Below are positions 30,060-40,613 of a DNA stretch of 64,000 nt, piece after piece. Numbering within the stretch: position 1 is the first letter of the stretch; each line of letters begins with the position of its first letter. A program made the translations under genes and the position numbers. The notes beneath the pieces are model-generated. The model did no database searches. It was not told where the DNA came from and saw only the letters and a list, made by a program, of their open reading frames with translations. Where the stretch lies: positions 1 to 64,000 of the IMG/VR virus record IMGVR_UViG_3300041583_000385; one strand, written 5' to 3'. This DNA comes from a virus.

Positions 30060-31403
30060 TTATTTGAATTTCTTTTTCAAATCATCTAAGTCTGTTCTAT
30101 ACATATCTTTCGGATCAGTATTTTCCAAAATCTTAATTTCTTCTTTTTTATTAGAGAAGTCATTCTTTAATTTATCAAATAACTCTTTTGTTAATGAATA
30201 TAATGGCATTCTTAAAAGATAATCATACGAGTCATCAATCTCTTCTAAGCCCATATCTACAATTTGTGAAATTATTTGTGCTTTAGCGACATTGTTTATT
30301 TTTAATTTATCATCAAGTATAGCTTTTATAAACCTACCTCTATTACTTAATATCTTTAATTCTCTGTTTAACTTCTCAAGTTGATATTCTTTTCTTTTGT
30401 GATAATAAGTTAATCTAAAATTAACAAAATATTCAACAATCTCTTCACAAGTTTCAAATATTTTTAACTTACCAAACTCATCAAGAGTTGAGAATATTTC
30501 AGTAGAAGATTCTTCTAATTTTAATAACTTCCTAAGTTTGGTATCATCCAAATCTCCTAATATACTTCTATTAAACTTTATAGTATAATCTATATTATCT
30601 TTACAGTTATCATCATAAGAAACAATATCCTTATTATCAGATAGTTTATCTAAATGTTCTTCATACTTTTCATAAGTCATCGAAGGTGGTAGTTCAGTTA
30701 TTCTAACTGTTGATGTATTTACTCTTTCAAAAGTTCCTCTTATTATCCACCTCTTATTATTTTCCTCATCTTGTATAAATTCACCTGTGAACTCAGCATA
30801 TGATGGTTTAATAGACTTTATCTTTTTACCATCCAATACTTTAACACAAGAAGCTATTAGTTGTTCTACATTTCTATTTAATACATTCGATGCAAATCCA
30901 ACAGCAATACCTGATGACCCATTTAATAAAACAGTTGGTATTATTGGTAGGAAGAATTCCGGTTCGATTGACTCACCCTCTTCTTCCTTATAGTTTAATA
31001 ATTCAAAATCTTTATAAATTAATCTAAAATTCTCATTTAATTTAGTACCGATATATCTAGGTGCTCCTGGTTGTGGGGATCTAAGTGATCCATATTGACC
31101 ATCCTCTTCTAATAAAGCAGCATTGTTCTTGAACTTTTGAGCCATTGTTACAATGGAGTTTTCAAGTGATGTGTTACCGTGGTGATAAAAAGCATCAGAT
31201 GCTACTTTACCAGCTAATTGAAAAACTTTTAATGTTTTTTCATTACCAGTTTTCCATATTTGGTTAGAAATATGTATAACTTTTCTTTGAGTAGGTTTAA
31301 ACCCATCAATCACAGAAGGCATTGCTCTACCTTCAATAGAATACATCGCAAACTCTTTGTATTCATCAGATAAAAAATCTGAAATCGTTTTTTCTGTCAT
31401 CAT
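30060..31403 (-). CDS. DNA topoisomerase II subunit A (T4 gp52-like)
   Basis: RAMPSVIDGFKPTQRK, YHHG, catalytic PRY, LLNGSSGIAVGFAS. Confidence 0.93.
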   Translation of the reverse strand: MMTEKTISDFLSDEYKEFAMYSIEGRAMPSVIDGFKPTQRKVIHISNQIWKTGNEKTLKVFQLAGKVASDAFYHHGNTSLENSIVTMAQKFKNNAALLEEDGQYGSLRSPQPGAPRYIGTKLNENFRLIYKDFELLNYKEEEGESIEPEFFLPIIPTVLLNGSSGIAVGFASNVLNRNVEQLIASCVKVLDGKKIKSIKPSYAEFTGEFIQDEENNKRWIIRGTFERVNTSTVRITELPPSMTYEKYEEHLDKLSDNKDIVSYDDNCKDNIDYTIKFNRSILGDLDDTKLRKLLKLEESSTEIFSTLDEFGKLKIFETCEEIVEYFVNFRLTYYHKRKEYQLEKLNRELKILSNRGRFIKAILDDKLKINNVAKAQIISQIVDMGLEEIDDSYDYLLRMPLYSLTKELFDKLKNDFSNKKEEIKILENTDPKDMYRTDLDDLKKKFK

Positions 31404-31441
31404 AGTTTTATATATAGTAAAAAGTATAGTTTGTTTTTTGT

Positions 31442-32107
31442 ATGAATCCTATTAAAAAATATGATGAGTTTTTAATTCAAGAGAAATATGATAAAAATAT
31501 TAAAGCTGAATTAAAGAGACTGGGTGTTACTAAGAAGGATATTAAAACACACTTATATCATGCACATAGAGGTAATCTTGGTAAATATTTAAATGAAAAT
31601 GGTACAGTTTTCACATTTGGTATGTTAAATGCCCTATTCAAAGATGCTCAAACAGCTAAGAAAAGATCAGCACTAAAAGTTGGTGTTGTTAAGATGATAC
31701 ATAGGGTTACCCCAATGGCCTTATCTCCTTTCTTTCCAATAATAGCAATAGCTGGATTCTTATTCGGATCAACTAGAGCATTTAATAAGATTATGAAGCC
31801 AATATTAGAAGATCCTGGTAATAACTATAATACTTTCTTAAATAAGGTTATAAAAAGTTCAATGAAGATAGCAGAGGGTGAGATAAATACTAAAGATAGA
31901 TTTACTAGAGCATTTGTTGTTTCTGATAGATTAGTACAGGCTATACGTCCTGATGTATTACATCAGTTTTCAATAGAATTATCTGATAGGATGTCTAAAA
32001 TGGATCCATCTATGGAAGTTCCAGAACATTATATAGAGAATGAATTAAAAATGTATCTAAATGATAAATTTGAAGTAAGTCCTAAGATACCATTAATGAA
32101 AGATTAA
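31442..32107 (+). CDS. Hypothetical protein with CTS-like N-terminus and hydrophobic segment
   Basis: MNPIKKYDEFLIQE; PFFPIIAIAGFLFG. Confidence 0.65.
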   Translation: MNPIKKYDEFLIQEKYDKNIKAELKRLGVTKKDIKTHLYHAHRGNLGKYLNENGTVFTFGMLNALFKDAQTAKKRSALKVGVVKMIHRVTPMALSPFFPIIAIAGFLFGSTRAFNKIMKPILEDPGNNYNTFLNKVIKSSMKIAEGEINTKDRFTRAFVVSDRLVQAIRPDVLHQFSIELSDRMSKMDPSMEVPEHYIENELKMYLNDKFEVSPKIPLMKD

Positions 32108-32187
32108 AGGATATGAGAACAATAATATTTTATTCTTGGCATATTATGTTATATAATATATCTGATATCCAAATTAAAAACTAAGTT

Positions 32188-32436
32188 ATGAAAAAATTTA
32201 CAGATAAAATAAACGAGTCTAAAGAGGAATTTGATCCTAAGGAATTAGAAATGGGTATTAAGATAGAATCTGAACATGGTGATGTTTTTGATGATTTAAG
32301 AAAATGGGTGGATGATAACTTTATCGAAGTTGGAATGCCCTGGTCGGAAAGAACATTTTATGAAAAAATAGCAAAAGCTCATCTTAGAGAAATTCCGGAT
32401 TACTATACTAGACTTAATAAAATGGAAAATGAATGA
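32188..32436 (+). CDS. DUF5661-like protein, CTS-like N-terminus
   Basis: MKKFTDKINES; ELEMGIKIESEH ... IAKAHLREIPDYYTRL. Confidence 0.7.
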   Translation: MKKFTDKINESKEEFDPKELEMGIKIESEHGDVFDDLRKWVDDNFIEVGMPWSERTFYEKIAKAHLREIPDYYTRLNKMENE

Positions 32437-33230
32437 AGTATCTAAAATCATATAAAATTTTCGAATCAAATAAAGAAATTATTGTTTCTACTCTAAGAGA
32501 TATATGCTTAGAATTAGAGGATAATGGATTTCTATTTAATTTTAATAGTGAGTCTGATGATAATAAAATAGAATACGTTATACATAGATTAGACTATGAG
32601 AGGTTCAGATTTACAGATGATGTATCAGAAGTTTTAGATAGGATATACCAATATATGAGAGAATTGGGTTGGTATTCACATTTATATTATAATCTTGGTG
32701 GTGGTCTAGAAAAGAAATTCTATATACGACCAGATGGTAGAATGAGAGATCAAAGTTTATCTTGGATTGATAAAAACTGGCCATCTGTTTTGAGTATATC
32801 ATTTCATTGGTATAAAATTTATGATGATAAAATAAAAGAATCAAATAACTGGGATATTAGTATTGAAGAATTTTATGGTGATGATGTTATAAATACTATG
32901 AAAAGTGATATTTCATTTATTAATGATAAATTAATAGAGATTAACGATATGGGTTATCACACAAATTCTGATTTCACATCAATGACACATGCTAAAGCTT
33001 CTAAAACACCAGTTATATACATATATATTGAAAATAATGATTTTGAGGAATTCTACAAAGATAATGATAAAGAATTAATCGATTCTAATTTAGATGATAT
33101 AACTAATTATATGAAGTCAAATGGATATGAGGTTAAAGCAATTCATGATAATAGAGAAGTAAAACCAATACATCTTAGTTTTATTAAATCAAAAACATCT
33201 TACCAAATAAGTTTTATTAAAATCTCCTAG
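32433..33230 (+). CDS. CTS-type putative internal head protein, two repeated domains
   Basis: MKYLKSYKIFES; LRDICLELEDNG and INDKLIEINDMG; internal KIKES. Confidence 0.7.
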   Translation: MKYLKSYKIFESNKEIIVSTLRDICLELEDNGFLFNFNSESDDNKIEYVIHRLDYERFRFTDDVSEVLDRIYQYMRELGWYSHLYYNLGGGLEKKFYIRPDGRMRDQSLSWIDKNWPSVLSISFHWYKIYDDKIKESNNWDISIEEFYGDDVINTMKSDISFINDKLIEINDMGYHTNSDFTSMTHAKASKTPVIYIYIENNDFEEFYKDNDKELIDSNLDDITNYMKSNGYEVKAIHDNREVKPIHLSFIKSKTSYQISFIKIS

Positions 33231-33324
33231 TTGTATATTAACGAGATCGAAAGATATCAGAACTCCATTTTAAATAAACAAAGTTTTTATTTTACTATAT
33301 ATAAACTAAATTCAAAGAAATTAA

Positions 33325-35169
33325 ATGTCAATAGATAAGAAATTTAGAAAATTAGATGATATAGACCACGTTATATTAAGACCTGGGATGTATATCGGTT
33401 CTATAAAACCACACACAGCTAGTAAGTGGTTAATTGAAGATGATAAAGCAATTCAAAAAGAAATAACATATAATCCTGGTTTCCTCAAAATATTTGATGA
33501 GATAATAACTAACTCTGTTGATGAGAGTAAACGAAAAGGATCTAAGCTTAATATAATTAAAGTAACAATAGATAGAAGTAAGAATTTAATATCTATTTGG
33601 GATAATGGTGGTATACCAGTTGTTAAACACGAAGAACATAAAGAATGGATACCAGAAATGGTTTTCTCAAATCTTAAAGCCGGTGCCAACTTCAATGATG
33701 AGGAAGAAAGATCTTGGGCAGGGACTAATGGTGTTGGATCGACACTAACAAACATATACTCAAATAAATTTACTGTGGAAACTTGTGATGGTAAAAACCA
33801 ATTTACACAAACATTCAGTAATAATATGAGAGATAGAACAACTGCTAAAGTTAAAAAGGCAACTAGAAGTCATACTACAATAACATTCGAACCTGATTTT
33901 GAAAAATTTGGAATGGATGGTTTAGATGAATCTCATTATAAAATGATTGAGAAAAGAGTATATGATTTAGCCGCTTGTAATACTGGTATAAAGATTTACT
34001 TTAATGGGTCTGTTATTAATTTCAAATCATTTGAAGATTATATAAAATTGTATGTTGAAGACTTCTTCTTTGAGACTAAGAAAGGTAATAGTTGGTCTGT
34101 TGGTGTTGCTTTATCAGAAAATGGATTTCAACAAGTTAGTTTTGCTAACTCAACTGAGACCTATGACGGTGGAACACACGTTGATTATATAATGAATCAG
34201 ATAATAGTAGATCTTCGAGAATACTTCTTAAAAAAACACAAAACAGATGTTAAACCATCTGAGTTAAGAAACCATATGTTCCTATTCTTAGACTCTACTG
34301 TTATTAACCCATCATTTTCATCACAAACAAAGGAGAAATTAATTACAGAAATTAAGGATTTTGGTACTTCTTTTGAAATTAGCAAGAAGATGGTACAATC
34401 TATATTAAAATCTGAGATAGTTAACTCTATACTAGATTGGATTGAGCAAAAGAAAAATGCTGATGAGAATAAATTACAAAGAAATCTAAATAAAAAGTTA
34501 TCTAAAATAAAGGTTGAAAAACTTATTGATGCTAAGGGTAAAGATAGGTGGAAATACTCACTAGGATTATTTGAGGGTGATTCTGCGGCTGGTGCATTTA
34601 GAAAATATAGAGATTCTCAATCAATGGGAGCATTTGCTCTTAAAGGTAAGTTTATAAATGTTTCAGATATATCAAGTAGTAAACTTGTACAAAACACAGA
34701 AGCAGTTAACTTAATGGCCTCTATTGGGTTGAAGTTGGGACATGATATTGAACTTAAATCACTTAGATATGGTAGAGTTCTTCTATATGTTGATGCTGAT
34801 GTTGATGGTAACGCAATTGCCGCACTTTTAATAAACTTCTTTTATAAATATTGGCCAGATATGTTCGAAAGACGAATGTTATATAAGGTTGAAACACCAA
34901 TTGTGGTTGCTATACCAAGATTGAAGTCACAAAAAAAGATATTATTCTATAATCAAACTGAGTATAATGAATGGGAATCTAAAAACGACCTAAAGAAATA
35001 TGAGATAAAGTATAAGAAGGGTTTAGCCGCTCTTGTTGATGATGAATATGAGGATATTATCAATAATCCTAGACTAACACTCATAACCAAAGATGATGTT
35101 TCGGGAGATTCTCTTAATATTTGGTTTGGTAAAAGTTCCGCATTAAGAAAAACTGAGTTATTAAAGTAA
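33325..35169 (+). CDS. DNA topoisomerase II subunit B (T4 gp39+60-like, GHKL+TOPRIM)
   Basis: HVILRPGMYIGS, EIITNSVD, GTNGVG, EGDSA, DADVDG, YKKGLA. Confidence 0.93.
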   Translation: MSIDKKFRKLDDIDHVILRPGMYIGSIKPHTASKWLIEDDKAIQKEITYNPGFLKIFDEIITNSVDESKRKGSKLNIIKVTIDRSKNLISIWDNGGIPVVKHEEHKEWIPEMVFSNLKAGANFNDEEERSWAGTNGVGSTLTNIYSNKFTVETCDGKNQFTQTFSNNMRDRTTAKVKKATRSHTTITFEPDFEKFGMDGLDESHYKMIEKRVYDLAACNTGIKIYFNGSVINFKSFEDYIKLYVEDFFFETKKGNSWSVGVALSENGFQQVSFANSTETYDGGTHVDYIMNQIIVDLREYFLKKHKTDVKPSELRNHMFLFLDSTVINPSFSSQTKEKLITEIKDFGTSFEISKKMVQSILKSEIVNSILDWIEQKKNADENKLQRNLNKKLSKIKVEKLIDAKGKDRWKYSLGLFEGDSAAGAFRKYRDSQSMGAFALKGKFINVSDISSSKLVQNTEAVNLMASIGLKLGHDIELKSLRYGRVLLYVDADVDGNAIAALLINFFYKYWPDMFERRMLYKVETPIVVAIPRLKSQKKILFYNQTEYNEWESKNDLKKYEIKYKKGLAALVDDEYEDIINNPRLTLITKDDVSGDSLNIWFGKSSALRKTELLK

Positions 35170-35188
35170 TTTTCCGTATATTTGCCAC

Positions 35189-35515
35189 ATGAGAACACGT
35201 GCCTGGCGCCGATATAAAGAGGAAACTATTGTTATTCGTAGGATAAAACGAATGGTTTCTTATGAGCTATCCTGGTGGGGTTTTCATGATGTTAATGATA
35301 TTAAACATAAATACCCAACATTAACTGACTATATCGGAACAAAAACACACTTTCAATTTAAAAGTCACACAACTGATAGATATGATACAAGACACAAGGT
35401 TAAGTATTCAACTAACAAAGGTAAGTGTTATTGGAGAGATAATAATAAAAAAGGTACAAGGGAAAGAGCTAAGAAAGAATTTCTTAAAATGTTAAAAGAA
35501 TATGGAATTAAATGA
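35189..35515 (+). CDS. Basic hypothetical protein
   Basis: MRTRAWRR...; TATATTTG upstream. Confidence 0.6.
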   Translation: MRTRAWRRYKEETIVIRRIKRMVSYELSWWGFHDVNDIKHKYPTLTDYIGTKTHFQFKSHTTDRYDTRHKVKYSTNKGKCYWRDNNKKGTRERAKKEFLKMLKEYGIK

Positions 35516-36047
35516 TATAATACCACTAAAATTTATACCAACCATTGGTTGTGAATGGGTGGTTAAGAATAAATTCTTAATGTATAAACATTACGATCAT
35601 ATACCAGTTGCTTTTATAGAAAATGATATTGTTTATGTGTTTCTTGATAATAAAATATCCAGACAAATATTAAAATTAACTAAATGGTTGATAAAAGGTG
35701 GTATTGAATTCTATTTTACAAGCCCACTTTTATCCAATCCAAAAGGTATATTTGAAGAAGATATACACAGTACCGTAATAAAACATTACTTATATTCCTA
35801 TATACAAAAACCATTTTTCGAAGGATTTAAAAAAATAGAATTTGATATAATTGATAATATGGTTAAGTGGTGTATCAAAGAGAAGTGTATTGAGTTAATA
35901 AAAGATTGTTATGATCAAATATTGATAAAGGTTAATAGATCTGAATATGATTACTGGTCTAATAAATCATCCTTTGAATATAAAGGTGAAATAAGAGAAG
36001 ATTATAAGACACTTTATAGAGATATACAAATTAATATTATTCTGTAA
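35502..36047 (+). CDS. Hypothetical protein, C-terminal tag
   Basis: Ends YRDIQINIIL. Confidence 0.65.
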   Translation: MELNDIIPLKFIPTIGCEWVVKNKFLMYKHYDHIPVAFIENDIVYVFLDNKISRQILKLTKWLIKGGIEFYFTSPLLSNPKGIFEEDIHSTVIKHYLYSYIQKPFFEGFKKIEFDIIDNMVKWCIKEKCIELIKDCYDQILIKVNRSEYDYWSNKSSFEYKGEIREDYKTLYRDIQINIIL

Positions 36048-36071
36048 TTCGACTTCATAATATTAATATAT

Positions 36072-37652
36072 ATGAAGATGAATAATGTTTACAACTACAA
36101 TCAGTTTCTAACTGAAGCAACCCTTGATGATTCTAAGACATCAGTTGATTACCAACTATCGAGAAATGGTAGATCAAAGGTTATGAAATTTTCCACATCA
36201 CCAAATATTGATTCAACTACTATAAAGTTTGAGTTTTCTGATGAAACTCCTGGTGATGATGAAGAAATACTTTGGATTAAATCATCATCATTTAGTAAAA
36301 TGAAATTATCAGAGTTGAAGACTAAGTTAAGTATTTCAACAAGAGACCAATTAATGGTTTATAAAGTAGTATCAGATGATTTTGATTTTAATTGGGCCGT
36401 TGCTAAAAAGGGTATTAATAGTAATATGGTAAGGCAAATGAATAGAAGTGGTGGTTCCAAAAGAGGTGATTATTTCAGAGAAACAGCATTTATAATTATG
36501 TTATCAATTCAAACTTGGAAAGAAAAACAAATAGAATTAGATATACATTCCAATAGGGGTAAGATACTTATGGATTATAGTGGTGAAGATGCTACTATGT
36601 CAATTGATAACCCAAGTGATTTTAATAAAATGTATGAGGATTTTATTACTGACCCTACTAAGAAGTTGGTTATAGAGAACATGGAAAAACATTGTAAATT
36701 ATTAATAAACTATTTGGGTGAAAATATTTCAAAAGTATCTTATGTTATTAAAAACCATAAAGATATGTTGATAAATATGATGGCTACTTCATATTTAAAG
36801 GATGAGATTTCTACTAGAAAAGGTATTGAAAAAGAAGGTGGTGCTGACTTATCAGAATATGGATTCTACAACATGCCGGAATTTACAAATATAGCTAAAT
36901 GGAACCCAAGTGATATTTGGATAGTATTTGATGAGGATACATTAGATGATAGTGGATTTTATGATAAAAATGAAATTGATTCAATAGATGATTTAAATGA
37001 TTATTTATATAAGTCAATGGCTAATAGATATGGTATTGTTGGTGTTTCATTAAAGCAATCTAAAAATACACCTAGGTTATATGATATAAATTCAGATAAT
37101 AGGAAAATTATAAACAAGTATAACGATTTTGATGTTAAGGGATCATCACCAACAAACACAAACGGTAGAAAAACAGCCAAGATAGACTTCTCATTTAAAG
37201 GTAGTAAAGGATGGCAAAAAGGATCTGGTATTGATATAAGAACTTTCGATTCTAGTAATAAATCATCTATTCAAATAGAAGTTAAAGGTACTCCTGGGTC
37301 TGGTTATGTTAGTGGTAAGGCTGGTTCTATGATAAATCATTTATTACCAGATGATCTTAGAGAAAAGAAAGAAATTATAAGGAAAGGTGTTGATAAGGAA
37401 GAAATAAGAAAATCTTTAGAAAAAGAAGGTGGTATAACTATAAATAATAAAAAGCTTAAACTAATATTTAATGAAGATATCTCAGGAGATGGTTTGTTAT
37501 TAAACAATGAAAACTCAAGGTTACAATCTATAATATTCATTGATTGGTTACTTTCATTATCTACTAATAATAGAAATTCTGCTATAAGTGAGATTGTTAA
37601 ATTTGCTAAATCCGAATCTGTTTGGTCGGCTCCACACTTAGTTCTTAAATAA
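36072..37652 (+). CDS. PD-(D/E)xK-like nuclease-fold protein with CTS-like N-terminus
   Basis: NYNQFLTEA; FRET ... KWNPSDIW ... GVSLKQ. Confidence 0.5.
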   Translation: MKMNNVYNYNQFLTEATLDDSKTSVDYQLSRNGRSKVMKFSTSPNIDSTTIKFEFSDETPGDDEEILWIKSSSFSKMKLSELKTKLSISTRDQLMVYKVVSDDFDFNWAVAKKGINSNMVRQMNRSGGSKRGDYFRETAFIIMLSIQTWKEKQIELDIHSNRGKILMDYSGEDATMSIDNPSDFNKMYEDFITDPTKKLVIENMEKHCKLLINYLGENISKVSYVIKNHKDMLINMMATSYLKDEISTRKGIEKEGGADLSEYGFYNMPEFTNIAKWNPSDIWIVFDEDTLDDSGFYDKNEIDSIDDLNDYLYKSMANRYGIVGVSLKQSKNTPRLYDINSDNRKIINKYNDFDVKGSSPTNTNGRKTAKIDFSFKGSKGWQKGSGIDIRTFDSSNKSSIQIEVKGTPGSGYVSGKAGSMINHLLPDDLREKKEIIRKGVDKEEIRKSLEKEGGITINNKKLKLIFNEDISGDGLLLNNENSRLQSIIFIDWLLSLSTNNRNSAISEIVKFAKSESVWSAPHLVLK

Positions 37653-37683
37653 AACTTTTAATAAAGCAAGCCATATAATTCTT

Positions 37684-38052
37684 ATGGGATTTATAAATTT
37701 AAACGGTCAACAAGTACACACATCTGTTATAAATAGTGGAACTTCCTCAACAATAACCAATTCAAGTGGTAGTCTATATACAACCACAACAACTAATAAT
37801 ACATTTATATATTCACAAAAAGCTAAATATTTTATTTTAGGTGAGGAATTTGAAATTGAGGGATATCAAGACCCAACAATTGCTATGATGATAGCATGTA
37901 TCAATATAATGGGTAAGCCATTTTATGATGATTTAGTTAAACAACAAGTTAATATACCAGAGGAAATAGATGAATTCATAAAAAAGAAATTCATAATACT
38001 AGAGAGGGACAAGAAAATCGAAGAGATTATCACGACTAGAAATCAAACTTAA
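37684..38052 (+). CDS. Hypothetical protein, C-terminal tag
   Basis: Ser/Thr-rich N-terminus; ERDKKIEEII. Confidence 0.65.
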   Translation: MGFINLNGQQVHTSVINSGTSSTITNSSGSLYTTTTTNNTFIYSQKAKYFILGEEFEIEGYQDPTIAMMIACINIMGKPFYDDLVKQQVNIPEEIDEFIKKKFIILERDKKIEEIITTRNQT

Positions 38053-38091
38053 TTCACATTCTACTATATAAATTCTAAATAAAAGAATTTT

Positions 38092-39072
38092 ATGAATTGC
38101 GATTTAATAATTGATGGAAATTACATTCTTAGTCGTTTGGTTTTTACTTTACACAAAAATAATTTACTTTACGGGGCGTTACACAAAGCATTAGAAAACT
38201 CTATGCTTAAATATAAAAAATGGTACCCATTTGCTAATATTTACTTAGTATCTGATTCCAAAGAGAAATCCTGGAGAAAGAAATATATAAATGAGTATAA
38301 AGGTACTCGAAAGAAAAATACTGATATTGATTGGAAGTTTGTTTATGAAGCTTATGGTGAGTTCAAGGAGTCTATGGTTGGTACTATGGAAGTGCTTGAA
38401 GCACCACATATAGAAGGTGATGATTGGATAGCATATTTGTGTGAAAAGGCTAATGGTGAAGGAAGATCAACACTTATAGTATCAAATGATTATGATATTA
38501 AACAAATAGTTAAGCATAGCTTTGATCCACTTTGGATTAATATGATGACTAATGAAATGTATAATAAGGAAAAGTTATTTCTACCAAAGAACTATCAAAG
38601 CTTTATTAACAAAGTGCAAAAGATACCAAATGATGATATCTTTAATATAAATGATAATACTGAATTTTTGAGATTCTTAAATGGGTTTATCAAAAAGTAT
38701 GAAGTTATTGAGATAGATTATATGGAATCATTAATGGTTAAGATTATATCTGGTGATAAGTCCGATAATATAGGATCTGTTTGGTCTGTTACTAAAAATG
38801 GTAGAAAAAGGGGTATTGGATCTAAAGGTGCTCAAACTATTTATGATGAATATTTGGTTGAATTTGGGGAAATGAGTTTTGATGATCCAGACTTAAATGA
38901 AAATATAGCTGATTTAATTTGTGAAAAAAAGAAATTAAGTAAAAGTAATATAGAAGTGATTGTGGAAAATATAGAATCTAACTTTAGGTTAATAGATCTG
39001 AGATTATCTAGTCTACCGGTAGAAGTGGTTAATAAAATGAAAACAACACATGGACAAAAACAAAGCAATTAA
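38092..39072 (+). CDS. rnh: T4 RNase H-like 5'-3' exonuclease
   Basis: IIDGN, SWRK...YKGTR, EGDDWI, SNDYD, GDKSDNI, GIG. Confidence 0.85.
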   Translation: MNCDLIIDGNYILSRLVFTLHKNNLLYGALHKALENSMLKYKKWYPFANIYLVSDSKEKSWRKKYINEYKGTRKKNTDIDWKFVYEAYGEFKESMVGTMEVLEAPHIEGDDWIAYLCEKANGEGRSTLIVSNDYDIKQIVKHSFDPLWINMMTNEMYNKEKLFLPKNYQSFINKVQKIPNDDIFNINDNTEFLRFLNGFIKKYEVIEIDYMESLMVKIISGDKSDNIGSVWSVTKNGRKRGIGSKGAQTIYDEYLVEFGEMSFDDPDLNENIADLICEKKKLSKSNIEVIVENIESNFRLIDLRLSSLPVEVVNKMKTTHGQKQSN

Positions 39073-39439
39073 GAAGTGGACTCCTACTCCTATAATGGAG
39101 AACTTAGGTATTATGAATAAGCATTTGTCAGATACAATGTGTTTGTTTTGTGAGGATTATATTAGTAATAATCCTGATAGTCAAGATTTACCAGAAAGGG
39201 TAAATCAACTCTTGCTTAAATTACAAAATACTGAAAAGAGTGAGATTAAAAGAACATTATATAATCCAATAACTGGTGAAATTGAATATGAATTAGAGAA
39301 TGGGTTTATTATAACAGAAAAGAATAAATTTAAAAGAGAACCAACAACTGATGAATTAATATACTTATTTGGGGTTGATTTTGTTAGAGAGTTAAATCCA
39401 CAAATGTGGAGAGAATATTCATTAAATAAAATATTATAA
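39050..39439 (+). CDS. Hypothetical protein, C-terminal tag; N-terminus resembles a capsid-protein N-arm
   Basis: KKWTPTPIMENLG; ends WREYSLNKIL. Confidence 0.6.
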   Translation: MDKNKAIKKWTPTPIMENLGIMNKHLSDTMCLFCEDYISNNPDSQDLPERVNQLLLKLQNTEKSEIKRTLYNPITGEIEYELENGFIITEKNKFKREPTTDELIYLFGVDFVRELNPQMWREYSLNKIL

Positions 39440-39829
39440 ATGGCAGAATTAATTGATGTTGCTAATGCAATGTTTAGAAATAAAAGTGAGTGGGTGAAGA
39501 TAAGTGATGAGGATAAAGAGAAAAACTTCTTTATATTCAATCGATACTTTTCTAAAAAGTTTCCAGATAAATCACAACTTCTTAACTCTAAGTTAATAGA
39601 TAAAGTATCTTCTATGGACTTATGGTATTATTTTATGTTAAATAAATCATACCCTAATTGGTTTTGGTCTAAAAGTGCTAAAGAGAAGCCAATTATACCA
39701 AATAAAGATTTTAAATTACTTTTGACGAAGTTAAAGGTTAAAGATTTAGACTTACATTACTTAATTGAAAATCATTTTGATTTTATAAAAGAAGAGCTTT
39801 TATATTATAAAAAACTTATGAAGTTATAA
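39440..39829 (+). CDS. Possible clamp-loader small subunit (gp62-like)
   Basis: FIFNRYFS ... WYYFML ... W..K pattern; near rnh. Confidence 0.4.
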   Translation: MAELIDVANAMFRNKSEWVKISDEDKEKNFFIFNRYFSKKFPDKSQLLNSKLIDKVSSMDLWYYFMLNKSYPNWFWSKSAKEKPIIPNKDFKLLLTKLKVKDLDLHYLIENHFDFIKEELLYYKKLMKL

Positions 39830-39875
39830 TTTATAAAAGAGGAGTTTAATTTTAATATATAAAATAAAATTCTTC

Positions 39876-40611
39876 ATGGTAGTTTGTGTAAAATGTCTTT
39901 TTGATAAAGAAGAATCGGAATTTAGTAAAAAATCTAATATTTGTAAAAAATGTAAAAGAAAAGAAGCTTATGATAGATTTAGGATAAATAATCCGGACAA
40001 GATGAAAAAATATCATAAGAAATATTATGAAAATAACAAAGAAGATATTATAAAAATTAATACCAATTACTATCAAAATAACAAAGAAGAAAGATTATTA
40101 AAGAAGAAAGATTACTATCAAAATAACAAAGAAGTGATTTTATCAAAGAAGAAAGATTACTATCAAGTAAGTAAAGAAAGTAAGAAATTATATAATAGTA
40201 AGTATTATGAAAATAACAAAGAAGATATTATAAAATCTAATGTTAAATATAAAAGAATGAGATTGGAAAATGATGAAATGTATAAATTAACTCATTATAT
40301 GAGGGGTTTGATTATGTCTGGGTTCACAAGAAAGAATATTAAAAAGGATATTAAAACAGAAAACATTTTATGTTGTTCATTTGAAGAATTTAAATTGTAT
40401 CTGGAATATAAATTTGAAGAATGGATGAATTGGGATAATAGGGGGGTTATATAATGGTGAGTTAAACCATGGATGGGATGTTGATCACATAATCCCTCTA
40501 TCAACAGCAAAGACAGAGGAAGATATAATAAGGTTAAATCACTATACAAACTTACAACCTTTATGTAGTAAAGTTAATAGGTATATTAAGAAGAATAAAT
40601 TAATAAATTAA
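39876..40611 (+). pseudogene. HNH homing endonuclease with +1 frameshift in a G6 run
   Basis: YYQNNKE repeats; removing one G at 40441-40446 gives WDNRGLYNG...WDVDHIIPLS...NHYTNLQPLCS..N. Confidence 0.75.
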
Positions 40612-40613
40612 TT

